In this document: positions 37,529 to 45,488 of the stretch, in pieces | Layout: the number at the start of each line of letters is the position of its first letter | Position numbering within the stretch: the stretch's first letter is position 1 | DNA from: a bacterium | GTDB taxonomy: Bacteria; JAJRZV01 | Reading direction: 5' to 3' | NCBI GenBank assembly: GCA_024275095.1 | Contig: JAJRZV010000054.1 | Coordinates: forward strand, 1 to 45,488 | DNA: 45,488 nt | Position numbers and translations under genes: made by a program | Notes under the pieces: model-generated | The model's input: only the letters and a program-made list of their open reading frames with translations | Databases searched by the model: none | What the model was told of the DNA's origin: nothing

Positions 37529-38712
37529 CGTTTCTCAAGTATGCTGAGGCCCGGCAGTTCCTCACCGGAAAGATACAACAATGTGGCACCACCACCGGTT
37601 GAAATATGCGTTACCTCGTTTTCAAGTACTTCCGCCTTTCTCAAAGCGGCGATCGTGTCTCCTCCACCGACAACGGTCTTCGCTCCCCGCCACCACTCCA
37701 GCGCGAGAAATCGGGCAATCTGAGCGGTACCTTCGTTGAATCTCTCGTCTTCAAATTTTCCCATGGGACCGTTCCAGAAAATAGTGCGCATGCCTTTCAT
37801 AAGAGATATGAATTTTGTCACTGTGACAGGCCCGATGTCTCTGACACACGTACCGGCTTTCACCTCACTGGTGATATAACTAATGCTTTCGTCTTTTTCA
37901 TCCACCACCACAAAGTCTTCGGGGAGGTGGATTTTATCCCTGTATTTCCCGAGTGCTTCCTTTACGGGCTCCAGGTGTTCTTCTTCCACGGGATTGTCGC
38001 CTGTATCCTGTCCCATGGCCCGGAAGAAGGTGAAGGAAATGGCTCCTCCCACCATAAAGCGGTCAGCCTTCTCCATGAGTTTCAGCATGGCACCGAGTTT
38101 GTCCTTGATTTTTGCTCCACCGATTATCACAGCAAATGGATGGTCGGGATCGTCCCTGATCTGTGTGAGAAACCTGAGCTCTCTTTCCACGGAAAATCCT
38201 GCAACGCGTACATTAAAAAAATCCTTCACACCAAAAGTAGATGCGTGGGCACGGTGGGAGGTACTGAAAGCATCGTTTACATAAATATCCGCCAGGCTTG
38301 CCAGGGCCTTCGCGAACTCAGGGTCATTTTTTTCTTCTCCTGGATGAAAGCGGAGATTTTCAAGAAGCACAACTCTCCTCCCATCCAGTTTTTCAACAGC
38401 CTTATGAGCAGGTTCTCCAACTACATCCTCGGCAAATATCACCTCCGAACGGATCATCTCGCTGAGCACATCAGCCACAAGGCGCAGGGAATATTCCTCC
38501 TTTCTCTCGCCCCTGGGACGACCCATATGAGACGCAATAATCACACGTGCATCACGGGCGAGAAGGTGTTCGATGGTTGGGATAGAACTTCTGATGCGAT
38601 AGTCTTCTTTAACCTTTCCATTCTCCACAGGCACATTGTAATCCACTCGCAGAAACACGCGTTTTCCAGCAATCAATTCATCGGGCAGGTCTACCACCGT
38701 TTTACAGTGCAT
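37525..38712 (-). CDS. pgk: Phosphoglycerate kinase
   Basis: RVDYNVP, SHMGRP, LLENLRF, NDAF..SHRAHAS, GGAK, WNGPMG and HISTGGGA. Confidence 0.97.
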   Translation of the reverse strand: MHCKTVVDLPDELIAGKRVFLRVDYNVPVENGKVKEDYRIRSSIPTIEHLLARDARVIIASHMGRPRGERKEEYSLRLVADVLSEMIRSEVIFAEDVVGEPAHKAVEKLDGRRVVLLENLRFHPGEEKNDPEFAKALASLADIYVNDAFSTSHRAHASTFGVKDFFNVRVAGFSVERELRFLTQIRDDPDHPFAVIIGGAKIKDKLGAMLKLMEKADRFMVGGAISFTFFRAMGQDTGDNPVEEEHLEPVKEALGKYRDKIHLPEDFVVVDEKDESISYITSEVKAGTCVRDIGPVTVTKFISLMKGMRTIFWNGPMGKFEDERFNEGTAQIARFLALEWWRGAKTVVGGGDTIAALRKAEVLENEVTHISTGGGATLLYLSGEELPGLSILEKR

Positions 38713-38822
38713 GCCTTGCCTCCGTCATTTGTTTGAATGTGTACAGGGTTATTGTGATTTGGAATAACCACATTTGTCAAAATTATAAACACAATGATTT
38801 TTATTTTCTCTTTTTTTTCTTA

Positions 38823-39236
38823 TCAGTACCTGCTTCTGGCAGCCTTTCGTGCCAAGGAGTCCGCTTCTTTATTCTCTTCCCGGGGCACGTGGGTGACCAC
38901 AAACCTCTCCAGTTGTGAACAAAGGGCTCTCACTTCCCTGTGTAGAAATTTCAGATGCGGGCTCTTCACACGATATTTACCTGATATCTGACGTTCCAGA
39001 AGCTGGGAATCGGTAAAGACCTCCACACACCTGGCACCCATTTTCAAGGCTTCCTTAAGAGCCACTATCAGTGCCATGTATTCTGCTTCATTGTTTGTTT
39101 TCGTGCCCACATGCCGGCAGATGCGCTTGAGAATGCGACCCTTTCCATCCTTGATCACCACCCCCAGACCCGCGGGACCGGGATTTCCCAGTGAAGCTCC
39201 ATCCGTGTACAGCACGAGATATTTACTGCGTTCCAT
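38823..39236 (-). CDS. Ribonuclease HI family protein
   Basis: YTDGAS.GNPG.AG, TNNEAEY, TDSQL and HVPREEN..AD.LA. Confidence 0.92.
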   Translation of the reverse strand: MERSKYLVLYTDGASLGNPGPAGLGVVIKDGKGRILKRICRHVGTKTNNEAEYMALIVALKEALKMGARCVEVFTDSQLLERQISGKYRVKSPHLKFLHREVRALCSQLERFVVTHVPREENKEADSLARKAARSRY

Positions 39237-42200
39237 CAGTAAGTTACAGGAGGGGTAAACGAGCAGGTATCATTTTCCAGGCACGGGTCATCCACCAGTT
39301 CACGTCCACCGGTTTGAAAGTATCGACCAATCTGGTTGATCATGAAATTGTCCATATCAAACCCTCCGGCTGAAGACTTTTGCGGAGAAGGAATGAAAAA
39401 ACCGTGCTGGCCGTCTTCAACCATGTACGGCATGCGGAGCGCCGACACGCCGCCGTCAGGCCTCTCAACAGTGCTTCGTAGAGGCCCGCACTCGGGGTAA
39501 TAGTCGTTGAGATCCGGTACGTAGAAGGTTTTACCTTTATCGTAATCGTAAAAATCGTGAGTATTATCGAGGTCATCTATATCGAAAAGCACCGGTACAC
39601 CGTGGTAACGGTCGATGAATCTGCCGAGCTTTTCCACGCCCTCCAGCACGTAAAAATCCACGTACAGGCGATCCGGTGGAACGCCGTAGCACGGGTGGGG
39701 GTTGAGATAATCTATGATACCGGCAGCACGCGCTATGGCAACTCCCGTGTTGACCGGGACATTCATATCACCAACCGTGGCCACTACCAGCACATTCGTA
39801 TGGGCCTGAAGTCCCGGGGTGACATCGGAAAAATCAATGGGATCAAGAAAATAATGGGGTGCGTAGGCCACCGGGTCACCGGGGTCGAGAATCATCTGCG
39901 CGATTGACATGAAGCGCCTCATGTCCGGGGTGTTTCTTTTTATTCCAAAACCGGCTGCAGGAGACACGAGAGGTGAACCTTTGGGATATAGAGTGCCTGC
40001 AAAAGTCACAGGTAGTCCGAAAGTGTCTATGGTCAGTTTGACCTCGTCACTGTCACCCCAGTATACAAGTATTCTCAGGGCATCACCAAGGGCACGGTTA
40101 TCCGGGGCGGGAACCGGCGTTGGAGCCTCGCCGGGAGGATTGTTCAGGCCCAGTATGGGACGTCGTTCCACAGGATTAACGGCATCCGCCGGAATCTGCA
40201 GGCGAAAATTGCCGTCACCGGAAACGATGGCGTAATCCTCTTCGCCGTTGATGAGATTCTGCACCACCACCCTGTCACCGGGCTTAATGGCATCTGTTCG
40301 ATAAAACGGCAGCACCCCTTTACGGTTGACATCGGGCACGTAGAATTCGAGAAGGGTTTGATCCCCGTCAGGTCGACCAATAATAATCGGGCCCATGATT
40401 TTCAAAAACACTGCCTCCACCACACCTCCCTGAACCGACCGGATCCCAATATCGCTGAGTCCCGCTCCTCCTGCAACCGGCGCTGCGGCCACCACTGCAG
40501 GCTCTATCCCGGCGAGTATGGCGGAAAGAATCCCACCCAGAGACTGGCCCCAGGCATAATAATCGGTGTCAGGACCACCCATGTCCACCACACCGTCACC
40601 GTTAAAATCACCGGCAATCTCGTTGTCACCGTCACCGTTTAGATCAAAACGCCATTTACGAATACCGTCCCACGAGCGCATGATCCGGATGAGCTGCATG
40701 TAATCCACGATGGTCTGGCGCACTACATCTCGTGTGTGGAAGGTATCCGCTGTCCAGAAATCACCGCCTGACTCCGAGACACCGTCATTGTTGAGATCAC
40801 GGCTGCGCCCTTCTGTAAGGGCGACAAAAAGATCCTGAAGCCCGAAAGCTTCGGCAAGAGTGGTCGCAACCTGGCGGGTAAAGGGATCAAGGTCAGCACC
40901 GTGTCCCACAGCATCCATGCTGCACGTGGCGATGCCGAACTTGGCCAAGCTCCCCGCGAAGCCGAGCATCTCCAGTCGAAAACTGGTATAACCGTGACCG
41001 TAAAAATCAACAGGAAAAGGAGGCTTGTGTTCCGCAGTCGCTTTCGGAATGGCACAAAACACGGTGACCACGTCCTCACCGACAAATGCTTTTCCTCTCT
41101 TGAGGTCAATGTCGAAAATTTCATCATCATCCGCCGGATACCCATCCTGGGCGATTCCGTCACGGTCGGCAAGAAAGTAGGGAGTCTTGAATGTAAAGCC
41201 CAAGAAATAATCTATGAAGTCAAAAAGGGCTATGAACTTCTTTATCTGTTCTTCCGGCATGGATCCGGCGAGCAGTTCCGCCACTTTTGAGAGAAACGCC
41301 TTGAGATTGGCATCCACTTTTAAAATATAAAGGTTATCACCTGTAGCCGTAAGTTTCTGGACGTAATGAAGTTCAGGAGGATATTTCCTGCTCAGCCATT
41401 CCAGCGGCCCCTTACCGTAGAGGCCCCTGCGAATTTCCCGGAGGGTCCGCGTGGTGGATTGGGTGGTAAATGCCCAGGTAAAAGCCACGTCGTCAAGTGA
41501 AATGCCGTACATGGAAAGCACCTTCAGCAAGGGTTTGAGCTCCTCGGTCTGCTGCAAATGATTTATGTACGCAAAGGGAGACTGCACGGGCAGGCCGTTT
41601 TCGCCGATGAGGCGCTTGGTAAGAACCACCGCATAACGCGTCTCTTCACGAAGAGGTACAACAGGCCTGATAATGAGCGTGTTGGTCTCGTACTCGTAAA
41701 AATCCAGCAAATCCTTGTAGGGGTCACCTCCCGGAGGATAAACATTGGGGTAGTCCAGAACCCCGTCAAAGTCCGTATCCTCCCCTTTGTCCAGGACGCC
41801 GTTCCCATTAACATCTTCATCGTATGTTTCCAGAAGCAAGTTGCTCGCTTCGCTGCGCGGGTCATTGGGGAAATAATTGTCATTCTTTTCAAGCACAAGT
41901 GGAAAGTGGCCCAACCCCAGATCAAGAAGCACGGCCTCACCAAAACCGGGAGAGTCCGGGTCAATGTTGAACAGATACACTGCATCATCGGAAAAATCCG
42001 GAATTTCCTGGGCGTGTCGAAGAAGAATGTTGTTGATGTCCAGCCGCCGGTCAAAAGAAACCGTGATGGGGCCGTAGATACTGAACCCATCAATCCGATT
42101 GATTTTGTGCCTCACATCTCTCTCAAGAGCAGTGGGTGCCTCTTCTGTAACGTTGAGCCTCAAACCTGTCGGTGTATCAGGGTCAGATATTGTGGCAATG

Positions 42201-42358
42201 TCGTTGGGAAAAGGAATTTCCGGCAACGGGTGTGCCTCCAGGTCGAAAATGACGGTGGGCCCGCCGGTAAAATCTGTTTTTTTCAATCCCTCTGGTGTCT
42301 TCAACGTGCAACCTGCCACAAGCAGACACGCTTCTATAATGAAAATCATTTTTTTCAT
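39236..42358 (-). CDS. Large lipoprotein with an alpha/beta-hydrolase (lipase-like) fold and multiple Dx[DN]xDG motifs
   Basis: Lipobox VAGC, PFPND N-terminal motif, GHGY oxyanion region, WGQSLGG nucleophile elbow, candidate Asp (GDMNVP) and His (QHG). ATG at 42358 follows SD GGAGG. Confidence 0.78.
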   Translation of the reverse strand: MKKMIFIIEACLLVAGCTLKTPEGLKKTDFTGGPTVIFDLEAHPLPEIPFPNDIATISDPDTPTGLRLNVTEEAPTALERDVRHKINRIDGFSIYGPITVSFDRRLDINNILLRHAQEIPDFSDDAVYLFNIDPDSPGFGEAVLLDLGLGHFPLVLEKNDNYFPNDPRSEASNLLLETYDEDVNGNGVLDKGEDTDFDGVLDYPNVYPPGGDPYKDLLDFYEYETNTLIIRPVVPLREETRYAVVLTKRLIGENGLPVQSPFAYINHLQQTEELKPLLKVLSMYGISLDDVAFTWAFTTQSTTRTLREIRRGLYGKGPLEWLSRKYPPELHYVQKLTATGDNLYILKVDANLKAFLSKVAELLAGSMPEEQIKKFIALFDFIDYFLGFTFKTPYFLADRDGIAQDGYPADDDEIFDIDLKRGKAFVGEDVVTVFCAIPKATAEHKPPFPVDFYGHGYTSFRLEMLGFAGSLAKFGIATCSMDAVGHGADLDPFTRQVATTLAEAFGLQDLFVALTEGRSRDLNNDGVSESGGDFWTADTFHTRDVVRQTIVDYMQLIRIMRSWDGIRKWRFDLNGDGDNEIAGDFNGDGVVDMGGPDTDYYAWGQSLGGILSAILAGIEPAVVAAAPVAGGAGLSDIGIRSVQGGVVEAVFLKIMGPIIIGRPDGDQTLLEFYVPDVNRKGVLPFYRTDAIKPGDRVVVQNLINGEEDYAIVSGDGNFRLQIPADAVNPVERRPILGLNNPPGEAPTPVPAPDNRALGDALRILVYWGDSDEVKLTIDTFGLPVTFAGTLYPKGSPLVSPAAGFGIKRNTPDMRRFMSIAQMILDPGDPVAYAPHYFLDPIDFSDVTPGLQAHTNVLVVATVGDMNVPVNTGVAIARAAGIIDYLNPHPCYGVPPDRLYVDFYVLEGVEKLGRFIDRYHGVPVLFDIDDLDNTHDFYDYDKGKTFYVPDLNDYYPECGPLRSTVERPDGGVSALRMPYMVEDGQHGFFIPSPQKSSAGGFDMDNFMINQIGRYFQTGGRELVDDPCLENDTCSFTPPVTY

Positions 42359-42369
42359 TTCAACACCTC

Positions 42370-43872
42370 CTACCACGCCAGGGTTAGTCGGAGCTGGGAT
42401 TTGTACACCTGGGAAGGAAAACCAACGGGTGAATCGGAAGAAGCATCAAGTGCACTCCCGGGCACAAACATACCGCTTTCCATTCCTGCTGTAACAGCAA
42501 AATGTTTGTCCGTATTCAATGTATAGGAAAGACCAAAATCCCACTCGTGGCCGAAATGCTTGCCCGCATTAATTACACCGAAAGGACTGACTGATACACC
42601 ACCCTGAACCGTGCTGTTGTACAGGTCCACCAGCGGAGCCAGCAACCACACTGACAGAAAACCCATTTTCAGTTTTAAATCATGTACCGGTTCCCAGAGC
42701 AGGGTGGCGTTGAAATACGTGGAGTTGGTCACACCTCCATACGTGGCCAGTATGTCAACCCCTGGAGGGGGCTGTGCAACCACCTGAGGATTGGAGATGC
42801 GTTCGGCAGAAGCAGCAGAAAATGCAGCCATTACTTCCTCGTACGCAATCAGCCCCACGTTGTAATCAGGGTCAAAAGTAAACACTCTGGCATGATTATC
42901 AAGGGGGTCGGCATCTCCGGAAGCAGCACCACCTTCCACGACAAGCGTGGCCCCAATCGGTTTGTACGAAGCACTGGCTCTCAAAACGCCACCTGCACCC
43001 AGCAAATGTACACCCTTTAAAGCACCGAGCGTGCGAAGGTAATCGGTTTTACCTTCAATAACCGCTGCTTCCCCTGCCAGAGTGAGTTGCCACTTTTCTG
43101 TCTCTTTTACCCTCCAGTAAAAGTATGCATCGTACGCACCCACGGAAAGCGTGTCACCACCTTCAAACCACTGATAGCGATAGGCGATGTACACACCACC
43201 GGTAATGATTTCACCTCGATAAAGGGCAAACAGGATTGCCTCCAGCGGTACATCTCCATCCAGAAGTGAACCGTTATCATCGCGAAACACGACATCCGCT
43301 CCAACACCTGCTATAAGGTTGTCCGCCAGCACGCCCGTACCACTGCGGGCAAAGGGCTTTGTCACAAAGACGATGCGGTCAACGATGTCTCCGTAATATG
43401 CATCTCCCCAGAGATTGTGCTTTCCCGTCCCATCGTTCGCCACAATACCAAGTCCCCAGCCGGAAAGCATCTGACCAGCCTCTACAACTCCATACGCCGT
43501 TTTCACCTTTAAAAAGAACTTCCGTGGCGTTACAAGATAGGGACTGCGCCTGTTCCGCACGTCATCCCAGAACTCCGCACCTGCCTTTAGCCGGTCTCCA
43601 AAATTGAGTCCCTCGAGAAAGTAAAACTCTCCATAGAACGTCACATTCCCCCGCACTGGTGATGTTAACCCCAGCTGAAGACGCATCTCCCCAAAATTAC
43701 CCCTGCCCGTGCGATCACCGTCACCGCTCACGAAAAATTCCTTCAAACCTGTAAACCGAAACCTGTAAGAACCGTAAAATTCCAGGGTTGAAACCTCCTT
43801 TTCTGTCGCGTGAGCAAAAGACACAGCTCCTGCAATAGCGCAACATATCAACATCACCACCCGCTTCTTCAT
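42370..43872 (-). CDS. Predicted outer-membrane beta-barrel protein (alginate-export-like)
   Basis: Signal peptide (AHA), alternating amphipathic strands, ASGD, GHEWD and terminal aromatic residue (LTLAW). SD AGGAGG. Confidence 0.72.
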   Translation of the reverse strand: MKKRVVMLICCAIAGAVSFAHATEKEVSTLEFYGSYRFRFTGLKEFFVSGDGDRTGRGNFGEMRLQLGLTSPVRGNVTFYGEFYFLEGLNFGDRLKAGAEFWDDVRNRRSPYLVTPRKFFLKVKTAYGVVEAGQMLSGWGLGIVANDGTGKHNLWGDAYYGDIVDRIVFVTKPFARSGTGVLADNLIAGVGADVVFRDDNGSLLDGDVPLEAILFALYRGEIITGGVYIAYRYQWFEGGDTLSVGAYDAYFYWRVKETEKWQLTLAGEAAVIEGKTDYLRTLGALKGVHLLGAGGVLRASASYKPIGATLVVEGGAASGDADPLDNHARVFTFDPDYNVGLIAYEEVMAAFSAASAERISNPQVVAQPPPGVDILATYGGVTNSTYFNATLLWEPVHDLKLKMGFLSVWLLAPLVDLYNSTVQGGVSVSPFGVINAGKHFGHEWDFGLSYTLNTDKHFAVTAGMESGMFVPGSALDASSDSPVGFPSQVYKSQLRLTLAW

Positions 43873-44033
43873 TGTTGCCTCCTGTCCTTTGTCTCCCCAC
43901 AGAATTTACGGGTAATAAATCATATGCTGAAGTACCGGGATGTGAAAGAACTTTCGTCGACTTAAAAATGTTGTCCTGATTCGTATTGCCCCACCTAAAC
44001 CGGAACATTTGATAAGTGAAATGTCAGATGAAA

Positions 44034-44154
44034 GATCGGTAACTTTTCGGGTGAAAAGCTCTCGAACCTGCAAGGGAGGTCTCACCGAATGAGCTTTTCG
44101 CCCCGGGTGGAGCAGTATATCCTGAATGTCCAATGTTGAGACCAGACCCCGATC
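44034..44154 (+). ncRNA. Candidate structured RNA with a possible pseudoknot; family unassigned
   Basis: GATCGG/CCGATC closing stem, 13-bp GGGTGAAAAGCTC/GAGCTTTTCGCCC stem, and loop GGTCTCA complementary to downstream TGAGACC. Confidence 0.45.
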
Positions 44155-44161
44155 AACCTGT

Positions 44162-44191
44162 TTGCGTAAAAAATCTAAATGTCAATATACT
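44162..44191 (+). promoter_or_regulatory. Possible sigma70 promoter giving a near-leaderless GT4 transcript
   Basis: TTGCGT-18 nt-TATACT ends 9 nt before the ATG at 44201, which has no SD. Confidence 0.45.
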
Positions 44192-44200
44192 GTAAATGTT

Positions 44201-45313
44201 ATGAAGGTCCTTTTTGTTTCCAGAAAAACCCTTTTTTCCTCACCCGGGGGAGACACCGTCCAAATCATCAAAACGGCAGAGTACCTGCGCCGGCTGGGCA
44301 TCCATGTGGACATTTCTACAAACCTTAAACCGGACTTAAACGGGTACGACCTTGTGCATGCATTCAACCTCATGCGCCCCCAGGAGGTATGGACTCAGGT
44401 TATGCACGCACGAAAACACAACAAACCCGTGGTGCTATCCACCATATATGGCCTTTATACAGAATACGAACGCAAGGGACGCACTCTTCCGCTGAGACTT
44501 CTGGCCAGAATGCTTCCACCGGACACGGTGGAGTGGGCAAAGGTACTGGCTCGAGCAGTGATAGGCAAGGAATGGCACAGCGGCGCTGCAGTCGTACTGA
44601 GGAAAGGGTTTCACAGGACAGCACGCGAGGTGTTACTCGCCTCTGACGTACTGCTTCCCAATTCGGAGGGAGAAATGCGTCGGGTGGAACGTGATTTTAA
44701 TGTGAAGGCGACAAATTATTTTGTTGTGCCCAATGCTGTGGATACAGAAATATTCAACTACGAAAGCGTGAAAATACCACAGGACGTGGAACGTTTCAGG
44801 GATTGTGTGCTCTGTGTGGCCAGAATTGAAGGACGCAAATCTCAGCTTGCCCTTGTACGCGCCATGAAAGGGCTTCCTTTTACACTGGTTCTCATCGGAC
44901 GCGCAGGCAAGCATCATCAACGATATTACAAAAAAGTTCGACGTGAAGCTCCTTCGAATGTGGTTTTCGTCGGATCAGTAGAATATGAACGCCTACCCCC
45001 TTACTACAAAGTGGCACGAGTACACGTGTTACCTTCCTGGATGGAAACGCCGGGCCTTGCATCTCTCGAGGCAGCAGCCATGTTATGCAACATTGTAATC
45101 ACTGACCGGGGAGATACACGGGAATACTTTGGGGACCTGGCATTTTACTGTGAACCTGGAGACCCTGCTTCCATCCGGGAAGCGATTGTGCAGGCATACA
45201 AAGCCCCACCCCCTCAGGCTCTCAGAAAACGCATTTTAAATCACTATACATGGGAGAAGGCCGCGGAAGCCACACTTAAAGGCTACGAAAAAGCGCTTGC
45301 AAAAAAGCGTTGA
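44201..45313 (+). CDS. Glycosyltransferase family 4
   Basis: MKVLF...PGGD, VVPNAVD, VARIEGRK and LPSWMETPGLASLEAAA. Confidence 0.92.
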   Translation: MKVLFVSRKTLFSSPGGDTVQIIKTAEYLRRLGIHVDISTNLKPDLNGYDLVHAFNLMRPQEVWTQVMHARKHNKPVVLSTIYGLYTEYERKGRTLPLRLLARMLPPDTVEWAKVLARAVIGKEWHSGAAVVLRKGFHRTAREVLLASDVLLPNSEGEMRRVERDFNVKATNYFVVPNAVDTEIFNYESVKIPQDVERFRDCVLCVARIEGRKSQLALVRAMKGLPFTLVLIGRAGKHHQRYYKKVRREAPSNVVFVGSVEYERLPPYYKVARVHVLPSWMETPGLASLEAAAMLCNIVITDRGDTREYFGDLAFYCEPGDPASIREAIVQAYKAPPPQALRKRILNHYTWEKAAEATLKGYEKALAKKR

Positions 45314-45337
45314 GATACGTGTAAAAGGGAAAACGCA

Positions 45338-45488
45338 ATGCAGGTATTCGCCGGCATAGACGTGGGCTCCCAGAGCACGGATGTGGTTATTATTGATGAA
45401 AATGCCCGCATCCTCGCATATGTTGTAAAGGCGACAGGGTTTGACGGAGCACGGGCAGCACGGGAAGCCCTCAATGAAGCCCTGAGAA
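45338..45488 (+). CDS. Acyl-CoA dehydratase activase (BadF/BadG/BcrA/BcrD ATPase), 5' part
   Basis: Manual translation MQVFAGIDVGSQSTDVVIIDEN...ATGFDGARAAREAL contains the ASKHA motif GIDxGS. Confidence 0.82.
   Translation, partial: MQVFAGIDVGSQSTDVVIIDENARILAYVVKATGFDGARAAREALNEALR

Noticed and set aside
37606-38736. 376-aa plus-strand ORF
   Set aside because: Antisense shadow of pgk with no recognisable motifs.
41558-42526. 322-aa plus-strand ORF
   Set aside because: Antisense to the lipase-like gene and the barrel 3' end, with no protein-like features.
1-45488. Genome-wide TAA reassignment (alternative genetic code)
   Set aside because: Many genes end in TAA exactly at family-typical C-termini, for example FadL ...YRF, EF-G and SCP2.
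1-45488. CRISPR array, tRNA/rRNA, prophage, IS element or known defence system
   Set aside because: No spaced direct repeats, cloverleaf, integrase/transposase or nuclease-effector motifs seen by eye.

Overview
Gene-dense bacterial chromosome segment with about 35 CDS. Gene content (OmpA/Pal/FadL outer-membrane proteins, PDZ-type GspC, large lipoproteins, ADP-forming acyl-CoA ligase, dehydratase activator) suggests a diderm, probably deltaproteobacterial-type organism; this is an inference. Housekeeping genes include trpS (partial), an EF-G paralogue, trmB, pal, acnA, prmA, nadB, lpd, pgk and RNase HI. There are two outer-membrane channel plus surface-hydrolase operons and several lipid/acyl-CoA genes. 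I saw no rRNA, tRNA, CRISPR array, transposase or integrase. Main observations: (1) two otherwise intact genes, an M50 site-2 protease and nadB, are each split by a single in-frame TAA, although TAA is a normal stop elsewhere in the window; (2) a candidate pseudoknotted RNA of about 120 nt lies at 44034-44154; (3) a 14-codon mini-ORF joins the protease to trpS by TGATG overlaps at both ends; (4) a TetR/FadR-like operator precedes SCP2-caiB; (5) two uncharacterised porin plus lipoprotein-hydrolase modules may scavenge lipids. All family calls come from motif recognition by eye, not database searches.
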